Assembly (NCBI GenBank): GCA_050741915.1
Contig: JBOGEX010000110.1
Location: 20,311 to 84,310 of the forward strand
Source of the DNA: Acidimicrobiia bacterium
GTDB lineage: Bacteria; Actinomycetota; Acidimicrobiia; Spongiisociales; ZC4RG35
Length of the DNA stretch: 64,000 bases
Reading direction: 5' to 3'
The translations under genes and the position numbers were made by a program. Positions 9,936-18,591 of the stretch are shown here, piece after piece; the first letter of the stretch is position 1; each line of letters begins with the position of its first letter. A model generated the notes under the pieces. That model was given only the letters and a program-made list of their open reading frames with translations, ran no database searches and was not told where the DNA came from.

Positions 9936-10697
9936 CTACTTCGGCGCCATCCTGATCCCGCCGTCCATGCGGATCGTCTCGGCGTTCATGTAGTCATGAG
10001 TGAGAAGCATCAACGCCAACTCGGCGTATTCCTCGGGTTGACCGAGGCGCTTGGGGAAGAGCACCTGTTCTCCCAGTGACATCCGGGCGGGCTCGGGAAG
10101 ACCGGCCAGCAAAGGGGTGTCGATAATGCCGGGGGCAATGGTGTTGACTCTGATGCCGACCGAGGAGAGATCGCGGGCGATTGGCAAGGTCATGCCGACG
10201 ATGCCGCCCTTCGAGGCCGAATAGGCGGCCTGGCCGATCTGGCCGTCATAAGCGGCCACCGATGAAGTATTGACGATCGCACCTCGTAGGCCATCGTCGA
10301 GCGCCTCGGTGGTGGCCATCGCCGCCGACGCCAGACGAATGGTGTTGAAAGTGCCAACAAGGTTGATCTCGATCACCGTCCGAAAGTGACCCATGTCATG
10401 CGGTGAGCCGTCGCGATTGAGAGTCCGCGCCGGGGGCCCGATGCCAGCACAGTTGACAACCGCCCGGAGAGGTGCTGCCGCCATCGCCACGGTGACCGCC
10501 TCCTGCACCGTTTCGTCCTTGGTCACATCGGTATGCACAAAACTACCTTTGATCTCACCGGCAAGAGCTTCGCCCTTCTCGTCCTGAAGGTCGGCAATGA
10601 TCACGACCGCCCCGGCCGCGGCGAGTTGGCGTGACGTTGCGGCTCCGAGCCCGGAAGCGCCTCCGGTGACGATGGCCGAGATGCCGTTGAGATCCAT
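9936..10697 (-). CDS. SDR family 3-hydroxyacyl-CoA dehydrogenase type-2-like
   Basis: ISAIVTGGASGLGAAT gives the cofactor-binding motif, and YSASKGG gives the catalytic YxxxK. The protein is 253 aa. Confidence 0.85.
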   Translation of the reverse strand: MDLNGISAIVTGGASGLGAATSRQLAAAGAVVIIADLQDEKGEALAGEIKGSFVHTDVTKDETVQEAVTVAMAAAPLRAVVNCAGIGPPARTLNRDGSPHDMGHFRTVIEINLVGTFNTIRLASAAMATTEALDDGLRGAIVNTSSVAAYDGQIGQAAYSASKGGIVGMTLPIARDLSSVGIRVNTIAPGIIDTPLLAGLPEPARMSLGEQVLFPKRLGQPEEYAELALMLLTHDYMNAETIRMDGGIRMAPK

Positions 10698-10741
10698 GCT
10701 GGGGAAGACTCCTTGGGGGAAAGCGACGATACTCCCGCCTC

Positions 10742-11497
10742 TTGATCGGAATGCTTGATTCCGGAGTGGGGGGTTTGTCGGTGCTGATGGCTCTGAGACG
10801 CCTACGGCCCGATCTCGATGTTCTTTACCTGGCCGACAACGCTCATGCTCCGTATGGGAATCGCTCTTTGACCCAGGTGGCCGAGATCATTCATCGCAAC
10901 GTTGGGTACCTACTGGCCGAAGGGGCAACCGTCATCGCCCTGGCCTGCAACACCGCCTCGGCTGCTGCCCTCCACGACCTCCGTCGGACCCATCCCGCGG
11001 TTCCGTTCGTTGGCATGGAACCGGCGGTCAAGCCTGCCCGGAACCTGACCCGGAGCGGAGTCATCGGTGTGTTGGCGACCGAGGCCACCTTCCAAGGAGA
11101 GCTCTTCGCCTCGGTAGTAGGGCGTTTCGGCGAAGGCGTCGAGATTGTCACTCGCGTATGTTCGGGTTGGTCGGATCTGGTGGAGTCCGGCTTGATCCAG
11201 GGACCTAAGGCCGAGAGACTGGTCTCGCGTCACCTTGATCCCGTTCTTCGGAAGGGAGCAGACACATTGGTCCTGGGCTGCACCCACTATCCGTTTCTCG
11301 CTCCGCTGATAGCGAGGCGATCTGGAGCGCAAACGGTGATCGTGGATCCCGCCCCTGCCGTGGCTCGCCAGATTGCGCGCACGGCTCGTCAGCGGGGCAC
11401 AGGAGTGGTCCGCTTTCGCGCCACCGGCGACCCCGGACCGATTGGGGAAGTCGCACAGCGACTGACCTCGTGGCCGATTTCGATAGCCTCGGCGTGA
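10742..11497 (+). CDS. murI: Glutamate racemase
   Basis: Contains MLDSGVGGLSV, ALACNTASA and LGCTHYPFL, the two catalytic Cys motifs. The start is either TTG 10742 or ATG 10751. Confidence 0.9.
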   Translation: MIGMLDSGVGGLSVLMALRRLRPDLDVLYLADNAHAPYGNRSLTQVAEIIHRNVGYLLAEGATVIALACNTASAAALHDLRRTHPAVPFVGMEPAVKPARNLTRSGVIGVLATEATFQGELFASVVGRFGEGVEIVTRVCSGWSDLVESGLIQGPKAERLVSRHLDPVLRKGADTLVLGCTHYPFLAPLIARRSGAQTVIVDPAPAVARQIARTARQRGTGVVRFRATGDPGPIGEVAQRLTSWPISIASA

Positions 11498-11501
11498 TCT
11501 C

Positions 11502-11978
11502 ATGACCCTTGATCCCTGGGATAAGGCCCTGGCGGAGGCGCTGGCACCGAAGGCCCCACTGCTGACCTTCGAAGAGATAGCGCGCCAAACTGAAATGCCG
11601 CCAACTCTCATGGAAGTGGTGGTTCGAGAAGGATTTCTCAAGCCCGTCAGCTCAGATCCTGAGCCTCTGTTTGATCCCCGTGACGTCGCGCCGATCCGCG
11701 CCGGACTCTCTTTGGTCGACGCCGGTCTCCCTTTGGGGGAACTGCTCGACCTGGCTCGAAAGATGGACGCCGCCATGCAACCCGTGGTCGACCAAGCCAT
11801 CGAACTCTTCGTGCGCTTTGTACGGGATTCGGTGGAAGCCAACGCCGGAAGCGACGACGAGGCGGCCAAACGACTAGTCGAGGCCTTCAAAGTCATGCTC
11901 CCCGCCACTGGCCGGATCGTCGATCATCATTTCCGGTCTCTTTTGCTCGAGGGCGCCCGTCAACGCCTGGGGCAATGA
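11502..11978 (+). CDS. Hypothetical protein (possible helix-turn-helix)
   Basis: 158-aa ORF with GC3 bias. It sits 4 nt after the murI stop and overlaps menF by ATGA, so it appears co-translated in a murI-hyp-menF unit. I recognise no family. Confidence 0.5.
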   Translation: MTLDPWDKALAEALAPKAPLLTFEEIARQTEMPPTLMEVVVREGFLKPVSSDPEPLFDPRDVAPIRAGLSLVDAGLPLGELLDLARKMDAAMQPVVDQAIELFVRFVRDSVEANAGSDDEAAKRLVEAFKVMLPATGRIVDHHFRSLLLEGARQRLGQ

Positions 11979-13090
11979 CTCCGGAGGAACTACTCGCCCA
12001 CCGTCCCCACACCTGGTGGTCGTCACCGCTGATCACGCTGGCCGGGTTCGGGGGAAAAACGGTCGCCGACCCCGGAGTCGGTCCCCAACGATTCGGGCGG
12101 GCCGAAGCGATCGCAGCTGACTATCCAGTGGTCTTTGCCAGCTTCTCCTTTGACGAGAGGTCGGCTCAATCCGTTCTGGTCATCGCCGAGACATTGGTCG
12201 AAGTTGTCTCCGGCGTCACGAAAACGATCGGACCAGGCAAAGAGCTCTCTCGTCCGCCGCCAACTCCCGACCGGCACGACCGCCCACGGTTCGCCGGCTC
12301 ATCGCTGCCCGATCATCTCTGGTTGGAAGCCGTCGGCGCCGTGATCGGACTGATCGAGACGCAGGCGGTAAAAAAGGTGGTGCTCGCTCGTGATCATGCC
12401 CTTTGGTCGAAAGAACCTTTCGACCCCTACCGCGTTTTGCGAAGGCTCGGAGACCGCTTCCCGGAATGTTTCCTCTTCCTCATCGAAGGTCTCGTGGGCG
12501 CTTCCCCCGAGCTCTTGATGAGAAAGCAAGGAAATGCGATCTCAGCCGTCACTCTCGCCGGCACCGCCGCTCGCGGGGACAGCCCGGAGGCGGATCAGCT
12601 CCTGGCCAAGCAACTCGCTACTTCGGACAAGACCAGAGTCGAACACCGGCTCGCGGCCGACTCGGTTCACGATGTCCTCTCAGGGTTCAGCTCCGACTTG
12701 TCAGCTCCCATAGAGCCCGAGCTAATGCGCCTTGTCAACGTCCAGCATCTGGCGACACCTTTTGTCGGCCACCTCGACTACGACACTCATGTCCTTGACC
12801 TGGTCCAGGCCCTCCATCCCACGCCGGCCGTGGGAGGGGTACCGACCGCGGCTGCGCTCGAGGTCATCGCCTCTCTGGAGAGCATGGATCGCAATCGATA
12901 TTCCGGACCGGTTGGCTATTTCCGATCAAACGGTGACGGCGAGTTCGCGATCGCCTTGCGCTGCGCTGAGCTAAGCGGCGCTCGGGCGCGGCTGTTCGCG
13001 GGCAACGGGATCGTTACCGGCTCGGTGCCAGAAGACGAGCTGGAAGAGACCCGTCTCAAATTGGCAGCGATGCTCTCAGCGCTCGAATAG
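11975..13090 (+). CDS. menF: Isochorismate synthase
   Basis: LHPTPAVGGVPTAAALEVIASLESMDRNRYSGPVGYF...FAIALRCA is the chorismate-binding C-terminal signature. The gene is adjacent to menD and menC. Confidence 0.85.
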   Translation: MTPEELLAHRPHTWWSSPLITLAGFGGKTVADPGVGPQRFGRAEAIAADYPVVFASFSFDERSAQSVLVIAETLVEVVSGVTKTIGPGKELSRPPPTPDRHDRPRFAGSSLPDHLWLEAVGAVIGLIETQAVKKVVLARDHALWSKEPFDPYRVLRRLGDRFPECFLFLIEGLVGASPELLMRKQGNAISAVTLAGTAARGDSPEADQLLAKQLATSDKTRVEHRLAADSVHDVLSGFSSDLSAPIEPELMRLVNVQHLATPFVGHLDYDTHVLDLVQALHPTPAVGGVPTAAALEVIASLESMDRNRYSGPVGYFRSNGDGEFAIALRCAELSGARARLFAGNGIVTGSVPEDELEETRLKLAAMLSALE

Positions 13091-13117
13091 AGCGTCGCCG
13101 CCGTCACCGCCTCGGTC
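13071..13117. repeat. Direct repeat copy A (decayed duplicate of the menD 3' end, now supplying the menF stop region)
   Basis: tgctctcagcGctcgaatagagCGtcgccgccgtcaccgcctcggtc aligns with 13164-13214. The differences are 3 substitutions and a 4-nt gap. Confidence 0.85.
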
Positions 13118-13172
13118 TTTCTGTGGGCTGCAACCGTCGCTGAACGACGGCAAAAACCCAGGGTTTCAGAAA
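13118..13172 (+). repeat. ~50-nt structured intergenic element, copy L1
   Basis: TTTCTGTGGGCTGCAACCGTCGCTGAACGACGGCAAAAACCCAGGGTTTCAGAAA. The same element occurs at 49143-49192. The inner hairpin is CCGTCG-loop-CGACGG. Confidence 0.8.
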
Positions 13173-13214
13173 GTGCTCTCAGCCCTCGAATAGAGACTCG
13201 ACTGCCGCCGTCAC
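13164..13214. repeat. Direct repeat copy B (functional menD 3' end)
   Basis: tgctctcagccctcgaatagagactcgactgccgccgtcaccgcctcggtc encodes ...VTEAVTAAVESLFEG* on the minus strand. Confidence 0.85.
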
Positions 13215-14858
13215 CGCCTCGGTCACTTCTCGGTGCACAGCGACGTTGCGGACCCGATCGGTGCGCACCTCGATTACTCCGATGCCTCCAGCGGAAAGGG
13301 CCTCTCCAATCGATTTCGTCAGCTCCTCCGGATGCTCGATCAACCAGTGCGAGCCTCCCAGGGCTCTGGTGAGGCCGGCGAAGTCGACTCCGCTGGGAGT
13401 GCCGAAGATGCGCTCGAAATGCTCGGGATAGTCGGCTTGCGGCAGGAAGGAGAAGATGCCGCCGCCACGGTTGTTGACCAGGACCAGAACCAGATCAGGG
13501 GTGGGTTTGGTTAGCAGGCCATTGGTATCGTGAACAAAGGAGAGGTCACCCACCAACCCCACCATCGGTCGGTCGCCGTGCTCCTCGTTGGCCGCGGCTG
13601 CGCCCGCGGCGAGCGAGATGAAACCGTCGATGCCCGATGCCCCTCGATTGCTGACGAAGGCCAGACCGGATCGTGGAGCGGAAAACCAATCGACGTCCCG
13701 AACCGGCATCGATGAAGCCACCGCCAGCACGCCCCCATCGGGAACCGCCGCCACCACGTCGCGGGCCGTGCGCGGCTCGGTGGTCTCCTCGAAGCTGTCT
13801 AAAACCCCGTCGATCGCTTGGCGAGCGGTGGCCTCCGCCCGATGCCACGAGGCCACCCAGGGCTCGTCGGCTGCGGCCAGTTCCCATCCATCGATCTCAG
13901 CCACCTCCACCGCCCGGCGGCCAGGATCAAACCAACTTTTTCCAACCATCGTGGTCTCGACTCCCGCCAGCAGGTTGAGTAAAGGACGGGAAAGCCCGGC
14001 CGCTCCCAGGACCACCGTCCGGTCCGGAGTGAGGGCCTTGGCGACCGTTGTCGATCCGAGCAGATGATGGGCAGTGCTGATGGTTCCGGGCACCCTCGCA
14101 CTGCTGTGTCCCTCGGCCACCACGACCAGCCCGGCGCCAATGGCCTCGTAGACCAGCTTGAGATCGGCACCGGGACCGGCCACGACCAAGGTGCGGCCGC
14201 TGACTCGAAGCGCAGAGCGACTATTCGGCTGGGGAGACGTTCGAGTCCACGCCACTCCTCCGGGTCGGCCGGAAAGGTCGCCTCGATAGGGATCGGCGAC
14301 AGCGCGGCCGTCGTCGGACGCCGGGACGAGGGGTTCGCGGAATGCAAGGTTGAGATGAACCGGACCGGATCGCGCCGCCGCCAGAGCCTGACACACGAGT
14401 GAACGCCACGCCCCCGGCTCGCCTCGGAAGTCGGAAGCCGCTGGGACATCAGCAAAGAATCGGACCCGCTCACCGAAGATCTTCGTCTGATCGATCGTCT
14501 GGTTGGCGCCGCTCTGGCGAAACTCAGAAGGCCGATCGGCGGTCAAGATGACCAGCGGCGTGTCGGACCGATCGGCTTCGATGACCGCCGGAAACAGGTT
14601 GGCCACGGCTGTTCCAGAAGTTGTCAGCACAACTGCCGGCGACATTTTGAGCTTGGCATAGCCAACGGCCCAGAAGCCCGCCGACCTCTCATCAAGGGCT
14701 ACGTGTAGTCGAATCCGACCTTGCTCGGCCGCAGCCATGGCTAGCGCCCCCGAGCGCGATCCGGGGGCCAGAACCACGGCATCGATGTCGTTGCGCATGA
14801 ACTCGTCGAGGAACACCCTGGCCATGGCCACCGACGGATTGGGGGCCGTCGAGCTCAT
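13179..14858 (-). CDS. menD: SEPHCHC synthase (2-succinyl-5-enolpyruvyl-6-hydroxy-3-cyclohexene-1-carboxylate synthase)
   Basis: ThDP-enzyme layout with the N-terminus NPSVAMARVFLDEFMRNDIDAVVLAPGSRSGALAMA and a GDLSFVHDTNGL motif. The protein is 559 aa. Confidence 0.9.
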   Translation of the reverse strand: MSSTAPNPSVAMARVFLDEFMRNDIDAVVLAPGSRSGALAMAAAEQGRIRLHVALDERSAGFWAVGYAKLKMSPAVVLTTSGTAVANLFPAVIEADRSDTPLVILTADRPSEFRQSGANQTIDQTKIFGERVRFFADVPAASDFRGEPGAWRSLVCQALAAARSGPVHLNLAFREPLVPASDDGRAVADPYRGDLSGRPGGVAWTRTSPQPNSRSALRVSGRTLVVAGPGADLKLVYEAIGAGLVVVAEGHSSARVPGTISTAHHLLGSTTVAKALTPDRTVVLGAAGLSRPLLNLLAGVETTMVGKSWFDPGRRAVEVAEIDGWELAAADEPWVASWHRAEATARQAIDGVLDSFEETTEPRTARDVVAAVPDGGVLAVASSMPVRDVDWFSAPRSGLAFVSNRGASGIDGFISLAAGAAAANEEHGDRPMVGLVGDLSFVHDTNGLLTKPTPDLVLVLVNNRGGGIFSFLPQADYPEHFERIFGTPSGVDFAGLTRALGGSHWLIEHPEELTKSIGEALSAGGIGVIEVRTDRVRNVAVHREVTEAVTAAVESLFEG

Positions 14859-15814
14859 GCCAGCACCTCGGCTGCCCAGCGCAGCCTTCGCAGCATCAGG
14901 GCGGCGACATCGCCAGTGGCGGCATGCTTTTCCAGGAGCTCGGGCTCAGGCTCAGGTCGCCGGGTGGTCAAAAAGCCGTCGACAGGAAGAAGGGGATCGG
15001 CCACCACATCGTCGTAGAAGAGAGAGACTGTGCCCAGACCGCATGCGTAATCGAGGGTCGGTAGCGCGGCGGCCGCAGCAACCCCAGCGGCGATGCCGAC
15101 CGAAGTTTCGAGAGCTGAGGAGACGACCGTGGGCAGGCCAGCCCTGGCCGCCAGGTCAAGTGCCCTTGCCACTCCCCCGAGGGGCTGAACCTTCAGCACG
15201 ATGACGTCCGCCGCTCCCCGCTCGGCCACCTCGAGGGGATCGGCGGCCATCCGCACAGCTTCATCGGCCGCGATCCGCACAGGAACACGGCGGCGAAGCT
15301 CGACCATCTCCTCGATCGTTCGCACCGGCTGTTCGGCGTATTCGAGATCAAAGGCCGCCAGTTCATGCAAGCGATCCGTGGCCTCGTCGAGTGTCCAGGC
15401 GGCATTGACGTCGATCCGCACTTTTCCCTCAGGGCCTATCGCCTCTCGAACGGCCTCGACCCGGGCCAAGTCGTCTTCGGGACGCTGACCGGGCTCGGCC
15501 ACTTTTACCTTGGCGGTTCGACATCCTGAGGTAAGGACGATGTGGCGGGCGACCTCGGGATCGACTGCGGGAACTGTGACGTTCACAGGGACTTCGCTTC
15601 TTCTCGGAGTCGGCCAAACGGTGCAGGCGCCCTCGAGAGCCGACGCCAGCCATCTGGTGGTGACTTCGGGCGGATAGTCAGGAAAGGGAGAAAACTCACC
15701 CCATCCTGCCGGACCTCTGATCAAGATCGCTTCTCGGCTCACGACCCGCCGAAAGCGATGACGCAACGGCAACGACACCGGAAAGAGCTCGAGCGATTCG
15801 AGCACGGATGTCAT
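14855..15814 (-). CDS. menC: o-Succinylbenzoate synthase (enolase superfamily)
   Basis: FPVSLPLRHRFRRVVSREAILIRGPAGWGEFSPFPDY and VRIDVNAAW...LEYAEQP are MenC-like. It overlaps the menD start by 4 nt. Confidence 0.85.
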   Translation of the reverse strand: MTSVLESLELFPVSLPLRHRFRRVVSREAILIRGPAGWGEFSPFPDYPPEVTTRWLASALEGACTVWPTPRRSEVPVNVTVPAVDPEVARHIVLTSGCRTAKVKVAEPGQRPEDDLARVEAVREAIGPEGKVRIDVNAAWTLDEATDRLHELAAFDLEYAEQPVRTIEEMVELRRRVPVRIAADEAVRMAADPLEVAERGAADVIVLKVQPLGGVARALDLAARAGLPTVVSSALETSVGIAAGVAAAAALPTLDYACGLGTVSLFYDDVVADPLLPVDGFLTTRRPEPEPELLEKHAATGDVAALMLRRLRWAAEVLA

Positions 15815-16113
15815 CCTTGCTGGTCCCGGATGAAGGCGATGACTCTCTCGATTTGCTCCTCACTCAATGTGCTCGAGAACGATGGCATCCGGCCCCGCCC
15901 GCGGGTAATGGTGAGCTCAAGGAAAGCATCATCCTGGGTAGAGGCGTTCGAAGCGGCGTCGAGGGCAGGCCCGATGCCGCCGCTCAGATCGGCTGCGTGG
16001 CAATTCGAGCAAACCTGCTCGTAAATCTCTGCTCCAGGGGCATCGGCTGACGGACGACCGACACAGCTCATCACCAACAGGACGGCCGGCGAAAGAAGGA
16101 GAAGATTTCTCAC
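15811..16113 (-). CDS. Class I c-type cytochrome, lipoprotein-like signal
   Basis: Contains the CSNCH heme-binding motif and a distal Met (GRGRMPSF). I set the start at GTG 16113, giving VRNLLLLSPAVLLVMSCVG. The stop overlaps the menC start (ATGA). Confidence 0.75.
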   Translation of the reverse strand: MRNLLLLSPAVLLVMSCVGRPSADAPGAEIYEQVCSNCHAADLSGGIGPALDAASNASTQDDAFLELTITRGRGRMPSFSSTLSEEQIERVIAFIRDQQG

Positions 16114-16126
16114 CGTCCGTGGGGGA

Positions 16127-17161
16127 TCAGAGGTAGTCCTCGCCCAGCCGCTCGACCAACTTTTTGACATCCTGCGCGGCCCGGCGGCGCGTCACCAGGA
16201 CCGCATCCGGGGTTGCAACCACCACCAGGTCGTCGACGCCGGCTACTGCGACCAGCGGCCCGTCGGAGCGGATGTAGCTTCGCCGCGAGTCGACAGCGAC
16301 AGCAGAACCGATGATTACGTTCTCGTCCCCATCTTTGTCGCCCAGCTCCCAAAGGGTTTCCCACGAACCGATGTCATTCCACTCGGCTGCCAGAGGCACC
16401 ACTACCGCCCGCGCTGTGTGCTCCATCACCGCCTTGTCGATCGAGATGGCCGGAGCCGCGGCAAACTCGGGACCGAGCTGGGATCCGAAGTCGCGCTCCT
16501 CCGCCGAATCCACCGCCGCTCGCACGGCCGCCAGAACATCGGGTACGAGGCGATCGATTTCTTCGAGCAGGATCCCAACTGGGAATACGAACATGCCGCT
16601 GTTCCATAACGCCCCCGCCTCGATCAGAGCGGCGGCTTCCTCATGGGCAGGCTTTTCGACAAAGCGATCGATGAAAAGTGCCGAACCCGGGCCTTCGGAT
16701 TGAGGAACGATATAGCCATAGCCGGTTTCGGGCTTGGTCGGGACCACGCCGAAGGTGGCGAGATGACCTGTCGTAGCGGCGGAGATGGCGCGTTCCAGGG
16801 ATTCCACAAAGGCCGCCGGTCGATTGATGTGGTGGTCGGCCGGCATCACGACCAGGAGGTCCTCTGGTTCCGCCAAGAGGGCCGCGGCGGCGATCGCAGG
16901 GGCCGTGTTGCGCGCCACCGGCTCGGCGACGATCTTTACAGATGGCTTGGCGCCCAACTCCTCTTGGAGATAGGGAACCTGGGCAATGTTCGCCAGGATC
17001 AAAGTGTTGGCCTCGAGGTGGGATAGGCGATCGAGGGTCTGGGCGAGCATGGTGCTTCGGCCAATCACCTTCTGAAACTGCTTAGGCCGCTGCCGGCGGG
17101 AGAGGGGCCAGAGGCGAGTCCCCGATCCGCCCGAGAGGACGACCGGGATGAGCGACGACAT
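16127..17161 (-). CDS. manC: Mannose-1-phosphate guanylyltransferase
   Basis: LIPVVLSGGSGTRLWPLSRRQRPKQF is a nucleotidyltransferase N-terminus. The start is set at the ATG at 17161. Confidence 0.85.
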   Translation of the reverse strand: MSSLIPVVLSGGSGTRLWPLSRRQRPKQFQKVIGRSTMLAQTLDRLSHLEANTLILANIAQVPYLQEELGAKPSVKIVAEPVARNTAPAIAAAALLAEPEDLLVVMPADHHINRPAAFVESLERAISAATTGHLATFGVVPTKPETGYGYIVPQSEGPGSALFIDRFVEKPAHEEAAALIEAGALWNSGMFVFPVGILLEEIDRLVPDVLAAVRAAVDSAEERDFGSQLGPEFAAAPAISIDKAVMEHTARAVVVPLAAEWNDIGSWETLWELGDKDGDENVIIGSAVAVDSRRSYIRSDGPLVAVAGVDDLVVVATPDAVLVTRRRAAQDVKKLVERLGEDYL

Positions 17162-17181
17162 CGAAGTTAGGGTATCGCAGC

Positions 17182-18285
17182 GTGTCTTCGGCTTCGGCTC
17201 AGTCGCTCGTAGCCGTTCCGTTCCTGTCGGAGCCACCAGACCTCGTCGCACGAACCTTGACGGAGGCGCTCTCGCATCCGGCTGTCGGGCGCGTGCTGGG
17301 GATTCACGGCGACGATCAAAGCGTCAACGCCGCCGTGTCCGACCGGGTCGGAAGCTCGCCCCGCATCAGCCTGATAGGTCAGCGACGGATTGGGGTCCTG
17401 CGACCGGGCAAGGGCGACGCCATCAATACCGGCCTTCGCTTCTTCCTCGAAGAAACCGACTACCGGCGCCTGCACTTCTTCGACGCCGACATAAAAACCT
17501 TCGACGGCGGTTGGGTCGAGCGGGCCGAGCTGGCCCTGGATGGCGGCTACGACGCCGTTCGGCATTTCTATCCCCGCTCCCCCACCGACGGAATGATCAC
17601 CGCGATGATCACCAGGCCCGGTTTTGGCCTCCTTTGGCCGGACTCGGTCCTGCCGTGGATCCAACAGCCGATGTCTGGTGAGGTCGCCTTCGCGAGAGAG
17701 GCGGCGGCGATGCTTGGCGCCGATCCTGTCATTGTTTCCCAAAGTGACTGGGGAATCGACACTGCTCTCACCCACCGCTCGGTGGCCCATGGCCTCTCGA
17801 TCTTCGAAAGCTTCGCGGCCGAGGGAAAGGATCATGGGCTCTACGGCAGCCTCGCGGACCTGCGGACCATGCTCCTCGAATGTCTCTATACCTTGCAGCG
17901 GCTCCGCGCAGCGAGCCCTCCGGTCGCTATTCGACATGCCACAGATGGAACCTTCGATGCTGCACCCGCGGTGACAAAGAAGATCGCCTACGACATCGAC
18001 GCCACTCGCGAGCTCTTGCTCCGATCTTGGTCTACAGAACAGTCGGAGCTTCTGCGTCGACACTTCGGCACTCCGGCTGCCGATCTCGACACCACCGGAT
18101 GGTTGACAGTATTACGGGTTCTGCTGGACGGCTTTGACCCTGGCTCTCCCGATTGGCAAGAGATTGCGTTCCGACTCTGGACGCAACGAGTGTTGACGTA
18201 TTCCGAGGCGATCGACGGCGTCACATACAAGGAAGCGATGAACTATCTGCAGGCGATGGTGGAGCAGGCTGCTGCCTCAAGTTGA
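17182..18285 (+). CDS. GT81-like retaining glycosyltransferase (glucosyl/mannosyl-3-phosphoglycerate synthase family)
   Basis: RPGKGDAINTGL, the DxD-type FFDADI, ITRPGFGLLWP and QPMSGEVAFAREAA parallel the GpgS motifs RPGKGEALW, IDSDL, ARPLL and QPLSGEYAASREL as I recall them. The gene sits 20 nt divergent from manC. Confidence 0.65.
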   Translation: MSSASAQSLVAVPFLSEPPDLVARTLTEALSHPAVGRVLGIHGDDQSVNAAVSDRVGSSPRISLIGQRRIGVLRPGKGDAINTGLRFFLEETDYRRLHFFDADIKTFDGGWVERAELALDGGYDAVRHFYPRSPTDGMITAMITRPGFGLLWPDSVLPWIQQPMSGEVAFAREAAAMLGADPVIVSQSDWGIDTALTHRSVAHGLSIFESFAAEGKDHGLYGSLADLRTMLLECLYTLQRLRAASPPVAIRHATDGTFDAAPAVTKKIAYDIDATRELLLRSWSTEQSELLRRHFGTPAADLDTTGWLTVLRVLLDGFDPGSPDWQEIAFRLWTQRVLTYSEAIDGVTYKEAMNYLQAMVEQAAASS

Positions 18286-18384
18286 TTAACATCCTTAACT
18301 AAATATCGACAGGGTTGCATCGATTTGTATTGAATTCATTCGTAACGCGTACGCGCACGCACTGGTGCGCTCGAAGGAGGACAG

Positions 18385-18579
18385 ATGGCAACCAAGAAAG
18401 CCCCGGCTCGCAAGAAGGCTGCGGCCAAGAGGGCACCTGCCAAGAAGTCGGCAGCAAAGAAGACCACGAAGAAGGCAACCGCCAAGAAGGCTCCAGCCCG
18501 CAAGGCTGCGGCGAAGAGGGCACCTGCCAAGAAGACCGCACGCAAGAGCACAGCTCGGAAGACCGCCAAGAAGCGATAG
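18385..18579 (+). CDS. Lys/Ala-rich histone H1-like small basic protein
   Basis: 64 aa, built almost entirely of (A/P)AKK/ARK repeats. GGAGGA lies 6 nt upstream of the ATG. A ~36-nt internal DNA repeat recurs with 90-nt spacing. A strong terminator follows. Confidence 0.7.
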   Translation: MATKKAPARKKAAAKRAPAKKSAAKKTTKKATAKKAPARKAAAKRAPAKKTARKSTARKTAKKR

Positions 18580-18591
18580 CCGACAAGTACG

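Noticed and set aside
10910-11908. Long antisense or alternate-frame ORFs throughout the track (for example 10910..11908, 727..1407, 36480..37316, 39173..39973, 56639..57658, 58697..59731, 21770..22477)
   Set aside because: They overlap genes with clear family signatures. Their products are Arg/Pro/Gly/Ser-rich and low-complexity, as expected for open frames in high-GC DNA. None shows a recognisable motif.
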